Below, one piece after another: positions 63,720 to 64,000 of a stretch of 64,000 nt of DNA. The stretch spans positions 114,764,001-114,828,000 of the forward strand of contig NC_086097.1 in NCBI RefSeq assembly GCF_963921235.1, written 5' to 3'. The notes below the pieces were generated by a model. It saw nothing but the letters and a program-made list of their open reading frames with translations, ran no database searches and had not been told where the DNA came from. The translations under genes were made by a program, and so were the position numbers. Each line of letters starts with the position of its first letter. The first letter of the stretch is position 1. This DNA comes from Mobula hypostoma (taxonomy: Eukaryota).

Positions 63720-64000
63720 GGTTGTTGGAGGAAAGTATCTTCCAAGAAGACCAAACCTTCGTGCAGGGTTTGGAAGCTTATGTGCCTCAATGACCCAGAG
63801 AGCTACGTTGGCTGGAGTCAGGGCCTTGTGCTATGCATCTGGATAGGATCATCCATGTCGAACAGGTCAAAGGTTAGAGGCCAGACTAAGAGTGATCCAC
63901 TGGTCCTCCAGGTTTGGAGGTTCAGTCAGAGCTAACGACCATGACTGATCAAAAAAACGTTGTTACGGAAAGAGCAATGAAGAATCCGAGATCTGTATGT
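63720..64000 (+). mobile_element. RTE-clade (Expander/Rex3-like) 5' UTR-derived element
   Basis: GTGCCTCAATGACCCAGAGAGCTACGTTG..AACAGGTC..GGCCAGACTAAGAG blocks. Confidence 0.5.

Noticed and set aside
1..64000. CRISPR arrays, rRNA, operons or prokaryotic defence systems
   Set aside because: No repeat-spacer arrays or gene-dense regions; the sequence is eukaryotic repeat DNA.

Overview
Repeat-saturated eukaryotic DNA, intergenic or intronic. The mix of CR1 LINEs with (TTCTATGT)n/(TCTTATGG)n tails, Penelope remnants, Rex1/Babar, Tx1, Hero, Tc1/mariner MITEs and tRNA-SINEs suggests a vertebrate, most likely a cartilaginous fish such as a ray (inference). I recognise no host protein-coding gene, rRNA, true tRNA or CRISPR array; nearly all ORF-track entries are transposon remnants or antisense shadows. 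Best observations: (1) two diverged Hero (RLE) retrotransposon 3' ends share a ~130-nt multi-helix RNA fold with two candidate pseudoknots and compensatory changes in five helices; (2) two young CR1 copies are joined head-to-head with both 3' tails facing outward, replacing ~1.1 kb of an older CR1; (3) a CR1 5' junction carries an inverted copy of ~85 bp of nearby DNA; (4) a Penelope insertion with a 14-bp TSD carries two intact minimal hammerhead ribozymes on opposite strands; (5) several MITEs are built from mini-MITE hairpins. Boundaries of old repeats are approximate and family names are from motif recognition only.
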